Shown here: positions 19,848 through 29,524 of the stretch, piece after piece | Position numbering within the stretch: position 1 is the first letter of the stretch | How the letters are laid out: each line of letters opens with the position of its first letter | Translations under genes and position numbers: made by a program | Notes under the pieces: generated by a model | Told to the model about the DNA's origin: nothing | Database searches by the model: none | What the model saw: the letters and a program-made list of their open reading frames with translations, nothing else | Virus record (IMG/VR): IMGVR_UViG_3300025168_015970 | Location: 1 to 64,000 of that record | Origin: a virus | Direction: 5' to 3' (one strand) | Length of the DNA stretch: 64,000 bases

Positions 19848-20526
19848 AGCTGTAGTACCTATTTCAGGTGGTTTAGATAGTTCCGTAATATTAAGTTTTG
19901 CTGCTGAAAAGCATGATGATATATATGCAATAACTTATGACTACGGTCAAAAGCACAATAAAGAATTATTATATGCAGGTCTTCAAATTGATTATTATGA
20001 TAATATTGAAGAGCATAACATAATTGATTTACCGTTTTTTAAAAATCTAGCTCCAACCTCTTCTCTTACAAATAATAATATACCTGTTGCTCATGCGCGA
20101 GATGTATTAGGAGACGCTCAGACTGTAAACTATGTTCCCTTTCGTAATATGATGATGTTATCTATTGCGTGTTCATATGCAGAGGCGGTAGGAGCGGAGA
20201 CTGTATATCATGGATCTGCTTTGGTAGATAGTCAGGCTGGTTATTGGGATGGTAGTAGTGAGTTCTTACAAAAGATAAATGAGACAACTTCTTTAAATAG
20301 AAAGCATTTAGTAAAAGTTGAAGCCCCTTTAATTAATTTATCAAAAGCAGCAATTGTTGAGCTTGGTATAGATAATAAAGTTAACTTTGAAGATACGTGG
20401 ACTTGTTATGAAGGAAAAGATAAGGCGTGTGGTTATTGTACAGCTTGTAGTTCTCGTATACAAGGCTTTTTAGAAAATAATCTTAAAGACCCGGTAGAAT
20501 ATTCAAGAACGGATATTCCATGGTAA
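19837..20526 (+). CDS. queC: 7-cyano-7-deazaguanine synthase QueC-like
   Basis: SGGLDSS PP-loop, YGQKH, YVPFRN and TWTCY..CGYCTAC zinc motif. Confidence 0.92.
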   Translation: MKSKAVVPISGGLDSSVILSFAAEKHDDIYAITYDYGQKHNKELLYAGLQIDYYDNIEEHNIIDLPFFKNLAPTSSLTNNNIPVAHARDVLGDAQTVNYVPFRNMMMLSIACSYAEAVGAETVYHGSALVDSQAGYWDGSSEFLQKINETTSLNRKHLVKVEAPLINLSKAAIVELGIDNKVNFEDTWTCYEGKDKACGYCTACSSRIQGFLENNLKDPVEYSRTDIPW

Positions 20527-20541
20527 AAATATAATATTAAT

Positions 20542-21177
20542 ATGTGCGGTATATTTGGATCAAATAATATAAAAACATTCAGGGAGTTATATAATAAAAA
20601 CTCAGAGAGAGGTAATTTTGTACGTAGCATTACTAAGTTATTTCTACCAAACACTAAACATAATGGTGTAAATGTAACAACAGAATACTCCCAAGACTTT
20701 AATAAGAGTATAGAAGAAGATGATTTATGTGTTTATTATCTTGGCCATGTTCAATCTCCAACAACAGAAGTAAGAGAGTTTAATACAGATACCTCTCACC
20801 CGTTTCAATTTAAAGATACATACATTGCTCATAATGGGGTATTAGAAAATTCTAACGAATTAAAAGAGAAATATGAGTTACCAGCAAATGATGTAGATAG
20901 TAGTATTATACCTTCTCTCATATATAGACTAGGTTATAAGGAAGCTCTATCTGCATTAAAAGGAACATTTGGTTGTTGGGCATATGATCAACAATTGGGA
21001 CAACTCCGTATATTTAGATCTGGTTCTACATTATGCCTGAGAGGTTCCTCTTTTAGTTCTGCTTATAAGCCTGATTATGAGAGAGTAGAACAAGGAGTTA
21101 TATACGAGTGTAATTTTAGTACTAATACGTTCTTTAAAGTAGATAGTTTTAGTAGTAACTCACCGTTCTTTTTATGA
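20542..21177 (+). CDS. Class II (Ntn) glutamine amidotransferase, stand-alone
   Basis: N-terminal MCGIFG, ERG, HPF, AHNG and DS motifs; directly after queC. Confidence 0.8.
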   Translation: MCGIFGSNNIKTFRELYNKNSERGNFVRSITKLFLPNTKHNGVNVTTEYSQDFNKSIEEDDLCVYYLGHVQSPTTEVREFNTDTSHPFQFKDTYIAHNGVLENSNELKEKYELPANDVDSSIIPSLIYRLGYKEALSALKGTFGCWAYDQQLGQLRIFRSGSTLCLRGSSFSSAYKPDYERVEQGVIYECNFSTNTFFKVDSFSSNSPFFL

Positions 21178-21875
21178 AGACTTTAATCGCAACAGCTACC
21201 AAAGCGGGGGCGACAGAGTTCTCTAATACAAGGTTAGCAAAAAGTTTACAATATCATAAAGATAATACTATAACTAAGTTCGATTTAAAGGTTACATATA
21301 ATAATACTGCCGGTCTATGTTCTGTTTACAACAAATACTTGACCCCTAAATTTTTAGATAAGTATGATTGTATTTTGTTTGTACATGATGATATATCTAT
21401 AGATAGCTTATTCTTCCAAAAATGTATTCGTAATTTATTCAAAAAGGGTTTTGATGTTGTCGGATTAGCAGGCGGTAGTAATATACAAGTTAAAAAACCT
21501 GCTCTATGGCACTTGTTATGTAAACAAGAGTCTTTATCTGGAGTAGTATCTCATTATACTAATAAAGAGGACTACGGTCAGACAATATTCGGACAAGTAC
21601 CTAAAGAGGTAATTTTGCTTGATGGATTATTTTTAGCAGTAAGAACAAAATCTATAAAACAAACAAAAATAAAGTTTGATAGAAATATAACAGGCTTCCA
21701 TCATTATGACTTAAAATTCTGTTTAGATTGTCATTTAGCTGGTTTGCGTTTAACTACTGCCCCTATTCATGTAATACATGACTCCCCTGGCCTAACCCAA
21801 GTCACTGAAGACTATAGCAAATCAGAGGACTACTTCTATAATACTCTTGTCGAACATGCTAACAAGCGAAAATAA
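21174..21875 (+). CDS. GT-A (GT2-like) glycosyltransferase
   Basis: YN..ILFVHDDI, VVGLAG, LDGLFLAV, FHHYDLKFCL and IHDSPG motifs. Confidence 0.75.
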   Translation: MKTLIATATKAGATEFSNTRLAKSLQYHKDNTITKFDLKVTYNNTAGLCSVYNKYLTPKFLDKYDCILFVHDDISIDSLFFQKCIRNLFKKGFDVVGLAGGSNIQVKKPALWHLLCKQESLSGVVSHYTNKEDYGQTIFGQVPKEVILLDGLFLAVRTKSIKQTKIKFDRNITGFHHYDLKFCLDCHLAGLRLTTAPIHVIHDSPGLTQVTEDYSKSEDYFYNTLVEHANKRK

Positions 21876-23202
21876 TTACTTAGATATAGATCTTGATTAT
21901 TTAGAAAAGATAGTCTTTAAGAATTGTCTCGAAGATGATATTTACTTAAATTCTATTATTGATAATCTTAATTATAAGTTCTTTAAAAATAAGGACTTTC
22001 AACAGATTATTAAATTAATACAAGCTTTATATAAAAAGAATAGTAAGAGACCTACTCGTACTGAATTAGAATTATATTTAAATACTGATCAGTTAAAAGA
22101 TCATTATAGTAAAAGTAAAACTTTAATTAATGATATAGAGTCAGATTTAACTTCTGATGATTTATATTCGTATACTGAAAAATACTTACAAGAGCAAGCT
22201 GTATTTAATACCTTTTTAGATATTGTTGATAGTAAGGAAAGAGATGTAAAGAGTATTCACGAAAAGTTTAATAAGGCATGCAATATATCAATTACTACAA
22301 ATGTTGGGCATGATTATTTTAACGATCTAGAACAACATATAATAAACCTAACTACTAGAGAACATAAAATTAAAACCGGATGGGATTGGTTAGATGAAAG
22401 ATTAGGTGGAGGTTTCCTTGAAGATGGTCGTAGTATGTATGTATTTGCTGGTCCTACTAACGTAGGTAAGTCTATATTTTTAAGTAATATAGCTACTACT
22501 GCTGCAGCTGAAGGTAAAAATGTTTTAGTAGTCTCTCTTGAAATGTCTGAGATGATATACAGTAAACGAATTACTTCAAGACTTACTGGTTTACCTATAA
22601 ATCATTTAGACGAACATATTGAAAGCTTAAGAGAGAGTGTAGGTAAGTTTAAAATGCTTCACCCGCGCGCTAATATGATAATTAAAGAGTTTGCTCCTAA
22701 CTCTATTACTCCACCTCAATTAGAAGGGTTCATTAAAAAGCTTATTAATAAGGATTTTAAACCTGATATTATTGTATTAGATTATTTAAATTTAATGGCT
22801 AGTACTCATGGTAATAATTCATATGAAAGAATTAAAAGTATATCAGAGCAAGTACGAGCTATGTCTTATACATTCGAATGCCCTGTAATATCAGCTACTC
22901 AGGTTAATAGAACTGGGTATGGTAATAATGCAGGTGGACCTGGGCTAGAGTCTATTGGAGAGAGTTATGGTTTAGGAGCTACTGCAGACGCTATAATTAG
23001 TATATGGAGGACGGAAGAAGATGAAGAAGACAACGCTCTGCATATAGGTATTATTAAAAATCGCTTTGGTTCTAATACCGGTAGTACTCGTCTTGGTATA
23101 GATTATAATACTTTAACGCTAACCGAAAATAATGAATTAAATGTTAATGACGATATAAATGCAGCAGAGGATGATGCTGTACAATTCGGAAGAGTAGTGT
23201 AA
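21847..23202 (+). CDS. gp41: Replicative helicase gp41 (DnaB-like)
   Basis: GPTNVGKS, SLEMSE, LDYLNL, ATQVNR, ESYG and KNRFG motifs; ATG start probably at 21856. Confidence 0.94.
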   Translation: MSNMLTSENNYLDIDLDYLEKIVFKNCLEDDIYLNSIIDNLNYKFFKNKDFQQIIKLIQALYKKNSKRPTRTELELYLNTDQLKDHYSKSKTLINDIESDLTSDDLYSYTEKYLQEQAVFNTFLDIVDSKERDVKSIHEKFNKACNISITTNVGHDYFNDLEQHIINLTTREHKIKTGWDWLDERLGGGFLEDGRSMYVFAGPTNVGKSIFLSNIATTAAAEGKNVLVVSLEMSEMIYSKRITSRLTGLPINHLDEHIESLRESVGKFKMLHPRANMIIKEFAPNSITPPQLEGFIKKLINKDFKPDIIVLDYLNLMASTHGNNSYERIKSISEQVRAMSYTFECPVISATQVNRTGYGNNAGGPGLESIGESYGLGATADAIISIWRTEEDEEDNALHIGIIKNRFGSNTGSTRLGIDYNTLTLTENNELNVNDDINAAEDDAVQFGRVV

Positions 23203-23211
23203 ATATATACA

Positions 23212-24096
23212 ATGGCTAAGGAGGAACTAATATTTACAGACTTAGACTTAGATGGGTGTTGTAGCTATCTTGTATATGCTTGGCATACTCAAACTAAACC
23301 TAAAGTCATAACATTAAAAGTTTCTTCTTTGCGAGAAAAGTTTTTAGCGTGGTTAAAAAAGAATAAAATTAGTGATTATAAACGTATATACTTTTTTGAC
23401 TTAGATACAACTGAAATAAAAGATCTTATAGATAAAAAGAATGTAACAATTTTTGATCATCATAAATCTCATGAAGAAGAATATAAAAATGCTACAGCTA
23501 TAATAGACAAAGAGTGTTCATCTTGTAGCAAGTTATTATATGCTCACTTTAAAGTAAACGCTAACTTAACAACTGAACAGAAAAAACTAGTTGCTCTTGT
23601 TAATGATTATGATTGTTATGAACTAAAATTTCCAGAAAGCAATAAATTAAATTTTTTGTTTTGGTATAAGAACGGAAATAAATTACAAAATTTCGTTCAA
23701 TATTTTGAGTCTGGTTTTCACGGATTTACAACTGAGCAAAATAAAATAATTAGCTTTCATTTTTATAAATTTAAAAAACTCAGAGAAGAAGTTGCGTTGT
23801 ATAAGTCTACCCTCACTATAGCTAAAAAAGAATATAAATTTATTAGTACATTTGCTAATGAATATGTAAATGATTTATGTCAGTACATTATTGATAATAA
23901 TGATTGTGATGTATGTTTAATGATAAATTTAAAAAACAATAGAGTATATTTGCGCAAAAACAGAAAGTGTGATCTTAACTTAGGAAAGTTTGCTAATAGA
24001 GTATGTGATGGTGGAGGACATGAGTATGCTGCTGGTGGAGAATTAAATGATAATGTTCTAGCTTTAAGTAAACAATTTACCCCGATAAATGGATAG
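23212..24096 (+). CDS. DHH/DHHA1 phosphoesterase
   Basis: DLDG, FDL, DHH and GGGHEYAAG motifs. Confidence 0.85.
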   Translation: MAKEELIFTDLDLDGCCSYLVYAWHTQTKPKVITLKVSSLREKFLAWLKKNKISDYKRIYFFDLDTTEIKDLIDKKNVTIFDHHKSHEEEYKNATAIIDKECSSCSKLLYAHFKVNANLTTEQKKLVALVNDYDCYELKFPESNKLNFLFWYKNGNKLQNFVQYFESGFHGFTTEQNKIISFHFYKFKKLREEVALYKSTLTIAKKEYKFISTFANEYVNDLCQYIIDNNDCDVCLMINLKNNRVYLRKNRKCDLNLGKFANRVCDGGGHEYAAGGELNDNVLALSKQFTPING

Positions 24097-24364
24097 TCCG
24101 TATACAATTTTAGAGAAAAAAGATATAGTACATAAGTTTTTATCCTTATGTAGTTTTGTATCTATTTGCGAGAATAAGAAATTAAATCTCGCAAATGTTT
24201 TTTTATTAGTTTTAAAGGAAAAAAATTATAGAGATTTATTTAAGGAATCTCTTATAATAGATAGTAACTTTAATTTAGTGAAGCTATTTTTACAACATGA
24301 TCCTTACCTTTATAAAAGTAAGTATATTACAAAATTTTTAAAAAAACATACCCTTGATTTATGA
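24089..24364 (+). CDS. Hypothetical protein
   Basis: ORF overlapping both neighbours. Confidence 0.6.
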   Translation: MDSPYTILEKKDIVHKFLSLCSFVSICENKKLNLANVFLLVLKEKNYRDLFKESLIIDSNFNLVKLFLQHDPYLYKSKYITKFLKKHTLDL

Positions 24365-25008
24365 GTACAGTTGGTGAGCTGAGTTTATACGAACAAAACA
24401 TATATAATACATTTCTTAAAACAGCTCGACAGCAAAAGGGGTTTACTCCGAGAAGAAACTTTAAGAATATAGATAATGAGCAATATGTTTTAATCAAAAA
24501 AGTATCAAAGACATTAAAAAATAAAAAAATTAACCCCGACTTATTTTTCAATGCCCCATATCAGCTTTATGCCGAAAAATATGTACCTTTACAGTTCTAT
24601 AGTACATTTAACGCTATCTCTACTTACAGAAAGTATGTCGAAGAAATTGAATTAACAGAACCAGATCACCCGTTTAATGTTACTCAGCTAAGAAATAGCA
24701 TGAAATATATTTATCAACAATGTGCAGATAATAATATTAAATTCTGTAAAGATTATCTATTATTACAAAAAGGAATATACCCAAACTATATTTTAGACTT
24801 AAAAGAAGGTAATGTGAGTTTTTATAGTTTAATAGCTCTCGACTTGTGTGAAACTAAAATTAATCTAGAAAAAAATATAGTTGAATTTGCTTGCAAGAGG
24901 TTTTATAATACTTTGAGCAGTTTGAGAACGAGATTCACTTTCTCGAAGAAAATCAAACCGTTGAGTATAAAACTTATAAAAACTATAAATAAAATAATAA
25001 AATTATGA
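24361..25008 (+). CDS. Hypothetical protein, possible gp59-like helicase loader
   Basis: 215 aa basic helical protein immediately before gp32; call rests on T4 59-32 synteny and size only. Confidence 0.4.
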   Translation: MSTVGELSLYEQNIYNTFLKTARQQKGFTPRRNFKNIDNEQYVLIKKVSKTLKNKKINPDLFFNAPYQLYAEKYVPLQFYSTFNAISTYRKYVEEIELTEPDHPFNVTQLRNSMKYIYQQCADNNIKFCKDYLLLQKGIYPNYILDLKEGNVSFYSLIALDLCETKINLEKNIVEFACKRFYNTLSSLRTRFTFSKKIKPLSIKLIKTINKIIKL

Positions 25009-25868
25009 CGACGAGTATGTTTGCATCAATCAAGGACGCGTTGGCCAAGCCTTCGCAAGGAAGTAACACAACTAGCAATATTATGCGGTTGAAGACAGGT
25101 AATACATATGTATTGCGACTAGTGCCTTTCGTGAAAGACCCTAGTAAGACATTCTTTCACTATTATTCTCATGGATGGGTAAGTGAAGCAACTGGACAAT
25201 TCCAAAGTGCTATTAGTCCTCAGACTTGGGGTGAAAGAGATCCAATTGCTGAGGCTCGCTATAAACTTTCTCGTACTGGTACTGAGGAAGAGAAAGAGAA
25301 AGCAAGGGCGTTAAACCGTAGAGAGAATTGGTTAATTAACGTTTATGTTGTAAAAGATGGAGATAATCCAGAAAATGAAGGTAAGGTTAAAATTCTTCGA
25401 TTCGGTAAGCAATTACATAAGATTGTGATGGATGCTATTGAAGGAGAAGACGCTGATGAATTTGGTGAGCGTATTTTTGATCTAACTGATAATGGTTGTA
25501 GCTTAAAGGTCAAAGTTGAAGAACAAGGTGGTTATCCTACTTATGTAAGTTCAAGATTTGCAGCTCCCGCCGCAATCCCTGGTGTTACTGCAGATAGCGT
25601 AAAGGATGTATATGATAAGGTCTTTGATCTTGAAAATGTATTCCCAGTGAAGAGTTATGAAGAACTGCAAACAATGTTAAATGAGCATTATCATGGTATT
25701 GAAGGAGGGTCAGCTCCAGCAGAAGCTCCAACCTCAAGCACAGCGTCCACTAAAGTAGATGATGACGATGATGAAATTAGCTTTGACGATATTGAGTCAA
25801 CTTCAAAAACCCCAGGTACTCCAGTAGACGATAGTAAGGTGAAAGAGTTACTTGATAGCTTGGATTAA
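25005..25868 (+). CDS. gp32: Single-stranded DNA-binding protein gp32
   Basis: LRLVP, YYSHGW, NVYVVKD..NPENEGKVKILRFGK, YPTYVSSRF and an acidic tail ending ELLDSLD. Confidence 0.9.
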   Translation: MTTSMFASIKDALAKPSQGSNTTSNIMRLKTGNTYVLRLVPFVKDPSKTFFHYYSHGWVSEATGQFQSAISPQTWGERDPIAEARYKLSRTGTEEEKEKARALNRRENWLINVYVVKDGDNPENEGKVKILRFGKQLHKIVMDAIEGEDADEFGERIFDLTDNGCSLKVKVEEQGGYPTYVSSRFAAPAAIPGVTADSVKDVYDKVFDLENVFPVKSYEELQTMLNEHYHGIEGGSAPAEAPTSSTASTKVDDDDDEISFDDIESTSKTPGTPVDDSKVKELLDSLD

Positions 25869-25877
25869 ACAACTATG

Positions 25878-25900
25878 GGGGAGGGCAACCTCCCCTTTTT
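25878..25900 (+). terminator. Rho-independent terminator after gp32
   Basis: GGGGAGG-GCAA-CCTCCCC followed by TTTTT. Confidence 0.85.
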
Positions 25901-25908
25901 ATAATAAA

Positions 25909-26316
25909 ATGACACCACAAGAAAGGGAAGAAGCTATAATTGAAAAAATGATGCTACATCAGGTAAATGCTGATGTAAAATCCGTCAACCGAAATATTGT
26001 ACAAGAGGCTTCTGCTTTAAAGCAAATACCTATTAATAATCAAATTTACCAAAAAGGACCTATCGGTGCGCCAGCACCAGCTCCTCAGCCTCCTCAGCCA
26101 GTCGCACCTCAACAACAACCCCCTCCACCAATACCACAAATACAACAAATTGTACAACAAGACCTAACTCCATTAATTGACAGGGTTACAAGTCTTGAAT
26201 CCCAAATTACAAAATTTGTTAATCTCATTGAACGTAACGTTGCAAAGAACGCTAAAGAGATTAATATAAGAATCAAATTAAAAGACCAATATTACGCCGA
26301 CGAAGGCGATGAGTAA
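25909..26316 (+). CDS. Pro/Gln-rich coiled-coil hypothetical protein
   Basis: Start moved to ATG 25909, downstream of the terminator. Confidence 0.65.
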   Translation: MTPQEREEAIIEKMMLHQVNADVKSVNRNIVQEASALKQIPINNQIYQKGPIGAPAPAPQPPQPVAPQQQPPPPIPQIQQIVQQDLTPLIDRVTSLESQITKFVNLIERNVAKNAKEINIRIKLKDQYYADEGDE

Positions 26317-27047
26317 TGATTCTACCAATAAAGAGTAAAGATAATTTTATCAAAAGCTTTCTCAACCCTGTGTCGAGATTAGCACCATCTTCAACATTAG
26401 ATATTAATGATAAAATAACTACAGTCGTACATAACAACTCAAACATTTTCTTACGGGCAGAGTATGAAGTAAAGTGGCCTGATCGCTCAGAAGAAGCTGT
26501 ATTGTGTTTGCCAGATACAATAAAATTAATTAAGATATTATCTTGTTTAGATGAAGATTCTATAGATCTAAAAGTAGGTGGGAATTGTATTACTTACAGT
26601 AACAATAATAATAGATTTAAATATCACTTATTTGATGATAGTTTAAAATCTAAAAGTGCCTTTGATTTTGATAAAATTGATAGTATAAAGTTTGGTACTA
26701 ACTTCGAATTGACTCAGCAAAAGAATAGCGCCCTTTTGAAAGCGTTACCATTTGTTACAGAGACGAGCAAGGTTTATTTAAAGACGGAAGGTAAAAGTGT
26801 TTATGCAGAGCTTTCTGATAAGAAAATACAAAATGTAGATAGTTATACCGCTTTAATTGCAGATGAATTTCAAGGAGATGATTTAGATTATGAGCTCATT
26901 CTCGATGTAGAATTATTCAGATTAATATCAACATTGAGCTTTGAGAGTGCAACAGTGTATATTAATAATGAATATAAAATGCTAATGATACGGCTTGAAA
27001 TAAATGAGAGTCGTCTTACATTCGTTAGTACGAGTTATAAGAATTAA
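26316..27047 (+). CDS. gp45: Sliding clamp gp45-like
   Basis: 243 aa with a two-fold beta/alpha clamp-like pattern, in the replication cluster; sequence is divergent. Confidence 0.6.
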   Translation: MILPIKSKDNFIKSFLNPVSRLAPSSTLDINDKITTVVHNNSNIFLRAEYEVKWPDRSEEAVLCLPDTIKLIKILSCLDEDSIDLKVGGNCITYSNNNNRFKYHLFDDSLKSKSAFDFDKIDSIKFGTNFELTQQKNSALLKALPFVTETSKVYLKTEGKSVYAELSDKKIQNVDSYTALIADEFQGDDLDYELILDVELFRLISTLSFESATVYINNEYKMLMIRLEINESRLTFVSTSYKN

Positions 27048-27349
27048 TGAAAAATAAGGTAACAACCTGTGGTTATTTTATTAAACGGTTGAGAGACAAC
27101 GGTTATACTGTTAACAGAATCTTCAATGAATACTCGAGGGATGATTGTCGCAAATGGACTGTAATGATTGACCCTAGAGTATCTTCTCTATATATCACAT
27201 GCTATGTAAATAGAGATTGGCACGGAGATTTAATGTTCGAATTAAATGACGGAAATAAATTTAAAAACTTACAACTAAAAACTGATAGTATGGAGGTTAT
27301 TTTAACCAAACTAATAGACAAAAATATAATACCAAGTGAAAAAAAATAA
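27047..27349 (+). CDS. Hypothetical protein
   Basis: Coupled ORF (TAATG overlap). Confidence 0.65.
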   Translation: MKNKVTTCGYFIKRLRDNGYTVNRIFNEYSRDDCRKWTVMIDPRVSSLYITCYVNRDWHGDLMFELNDGNKFKNLQLKTDSMEVILTKLIDKNIIPSEKK

Positions 27350-27626
27350 ACCAAAGAATTTTGATAACTTATTAAAAACAAGTATTAACGCTGCTGATGA
27401 TATGATCAACGGCAATGAAGAAGATTTATCTATGATAAATGATTATTTATCCGAGTATTTAAAATCTTTCTGTCTATTAGGTTATGATACTAAAGGTGAG
27501 AGTGTAGTTATACTCGCAGGTAAAACTGCTCAAGATTACGACGCTATAGAGACATTATTACGCAGAATAAGTAATGTAGATTTTTTTAACAACATACAAG
27601 AAGAAAAAAGTAAATCAAATGAATAA
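27336..27626 (+). CDS. Hypothetical protein
   Basis: Coupled ORF, GTG start. Confidence 0.6.
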   Translation: MKKNKPKNFDNLLKTSINAADDMINGNEEDLSMINDYLSEYLKSFCLLGYDTKGESVVILAGKTAQDYDAIETLLRRISNVDFFNNIQEEKSKSNE

Positions 27627-28530
27627 AATAATTGTTTTAGGCAACGGTTATATAGGTAAGCAGGTGTACAAACACCTTGTAGGTACAATTATAGATAGGG
27701 ATGTAAAACTACTCAATAGTTATGAGTATAACAACCCGGGTTCTCTAAGAGGAACTCTCTTTAATAGTTTAGAGACAGAGTTTAAAACGAGTTCCCCAGA
27801 TCATGTTAGTCAAAAATGGCTAATAAATTGTGTTGGTTATACTGGTAAACCGAACGTTGATGCCTGTGAAGAAGATAAACAAAATTGCTGGGATTTAAAC
27901 GTAACTTTCCCTACGCTATTAGCAAATGAGTGCGCAAAATATAATGTAAAAATTATTAATATTAGCTCCGGTTGCATATATGATGATATAGATAAATCTA
28001 GTGTTCCGTTTACAGAGGAGGATGAACCTAACTTTGGTGTAGAAAACGGTAACAGTAGTTGGTATAGTAAGACAAAACACGCAGCAGAACTATGTCTTGC
28101 TGCTTATCTTAATGTATATACCTTAAGGATACGTATGCCTGTATGTAGTGACTTTAACTCGAGTAAAAACTATCTCACAAAGCTTTTGAAGTATAACAAT
28201 TTACTACAAGAAGTTAATTCAAAAACAATTATTGAAGACCTAACGACTGTAGTAGGTAATATAATTTATAGACAGGATATACCTACTGGAATTTATAATT
28301 GTGTTAATCCAGATCCACTAGATACAAAAGAGGTAACTAAGATATTAGATAAATATGGTATGTGGAACCCAAATTGGAAATTTATCGATTATGAAGGGCT
28401 TAAAGAACATATTAAGACCAATAGGTCTAATTGTATTCTGTCTACTGAAAAATCCAAAGAAGTAGGTATAGAGTTCCCTACAGAAAGAGAGTCCTTACAT
28501 CGCATTCTTTCTCCAGAAAATGAAGAATAA
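27619..28530 (+). CDS. NDP-4-keto-6-deoxyglucose 3,5-epimerase/4-reductase (NRS/ER-type, RmlD-family SDR)
   Basis: GNGYIG, GYTGKPNVDACE, SSGCIY, EEDEPNF, YSKTK, LRIRMP, NYLTKL and RSNCIL match the NRS/ER pattern as recalled. Confidence 0.8.
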   Translation: MNKIIVLGNGYIGKQVYKHLVGTIIDRDVKLLNSYEYNNPGSLRGTLFNSLETEFKTSSPDHVSQKWLINCVGYTGKPNVDACEEDKQNCWDLNVTFPTLLANECAKYNVKIINISSGCIYDDIDKSSVPFTEEDEPNFGVENGNSSWYSKTKHAAELCLAAYLNVYTLRIRMPVCSDFNSSKNYLTKLLKYNNLLQEVNSKTIIEDLTTVVGNIIYRQDIPTGIYNCVNPDPLDTKEVTKILDKYGMWNPNWKFIDYEGLKEHIKTNRSNCILSTEKSKEVGIEFPTERESLHRILSPENEE

Positions 28531-29524
28531 AAATATATTAGTCACCGGCGGTTTAGGTTTTATAGGTAGTCATTTTGTAGAATTACTCTACAAAGAATGT
28601 TCTAATTGTAAAATCACAATTTTAGATAATTTCTGTTATTGTGTAGCAAAAAGTACTGACGATTACCTGTTTAACATGTTTCAGAATTCAACCAATAAAT
28701 TTAATATCATATATGAAGATATTAATAATTTTACTAATGTTAAGGGTTATGATTATGTTATTAATTTCGCCGCAGAATCTCATGTAGATAATAGTATTAA
28801 AGATGGTACTCCGTTTATCACCTCTAATTATACCGGGGTTTATAATCTATTAACTCAATTAAATGATAACCAGCGTTTTATACAGGTAGGTACAGATGAG
28901 GTTTACGGTAGCTTACAATTTAATAGTTCACCAAGTGAAGAATATGACCGCTTAGAACCATCGTCAGTTTATTCTGCAACAAAAGCTGCCGCAGATTTGT
29001 TAGCATTATCTTTTAATAAAACCTACAATAAAGATATAATAGTAACTAGATGTACTAATAATTTTGGACCCAGACAATACCCTGAAAAATTAATTCCGGT
29101 TGTTATTAATAAGGCTCTTAACAATGAAGAAATACCAGTTTACGGTAAAGGAGAAAATATACGTCAATGGATCTATGTTACAGACCATTGCAGAAAGCTT
29201 TTCGATATATTAAAATACGGTACATCTGGAAAAATTTATAATATTGCTCCGGACTATGATTCTGAAGTTACTAATAATTCTATTATTGATCAGATTTTAG
29301 AAGTTTTAAAGAAACCAAAAAAATTAATTACATATGTAGAAGATAGAAAAGGCCATGATTTAAGGTATTCTTTAAGAGCGAGTCAATATCGAGGTATGAT
29401 GTTTGCTAACGATCAACAATTAGACCTACCTGGAACTGAAAAAACATTTGCCGATGATTTGAGATACACTATAATGTGGTATAGTGAAAACAAAAACTGG
29501 TGGAAAAAGAAATCTAATAATTGA
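28520..29524 (+). CDS. rmlB: dTDP-glucose 4,6-dehydratase
   Basis: TGGLGFIGS, FAAESHVD, TDEVYG, YSATKA, NNFGPRQYPEKLIP and DRKGHD.RY motifs. Confidence 0.93.
   Translation: MKNKNILVTGGLGFIGSHFVELLYKECSNCKITILDNFCYCVAKSTDDYLFNMFQNSTNKFNIIYEDINNFTNVKGYDYVINFAAESHVDNSIKDGTPFITSNYTGVYNLLTQLNDNQRFIQVGTDEVYGSLQFNSSPSEEYDRLEPSSVYSATKAAADLLALSFNKTYNKDIIVTRCTNNFGPRQYPEKLIPVVINKALNNEEIPVYGKGENIRQWIYVTDHCRKLFDILKYGTSGKIYNIAPDYDSEVTNNSIIDQILEVLKKPKKLITYVEDRKGHDLRYSLRASQYRGMMFANDQQLDLPGTEKTFADDLRYTIMWYSENKNWWKKKSNN

Noticed and set aside
19837-21177. queC as part of a QatABCD or type IV CBASS defence system
   Set aside because: No TatD, QatA-like ATPase or CD-NTase nearby; the folE/queD/queE set and the replication context fit base synthesis better
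25852-25908. TTG start given for the Pro-rich ORF
   Set aside because: It overlaps the gp32 end and runs through the terminator hairpin; ATG 25909 is more plausible
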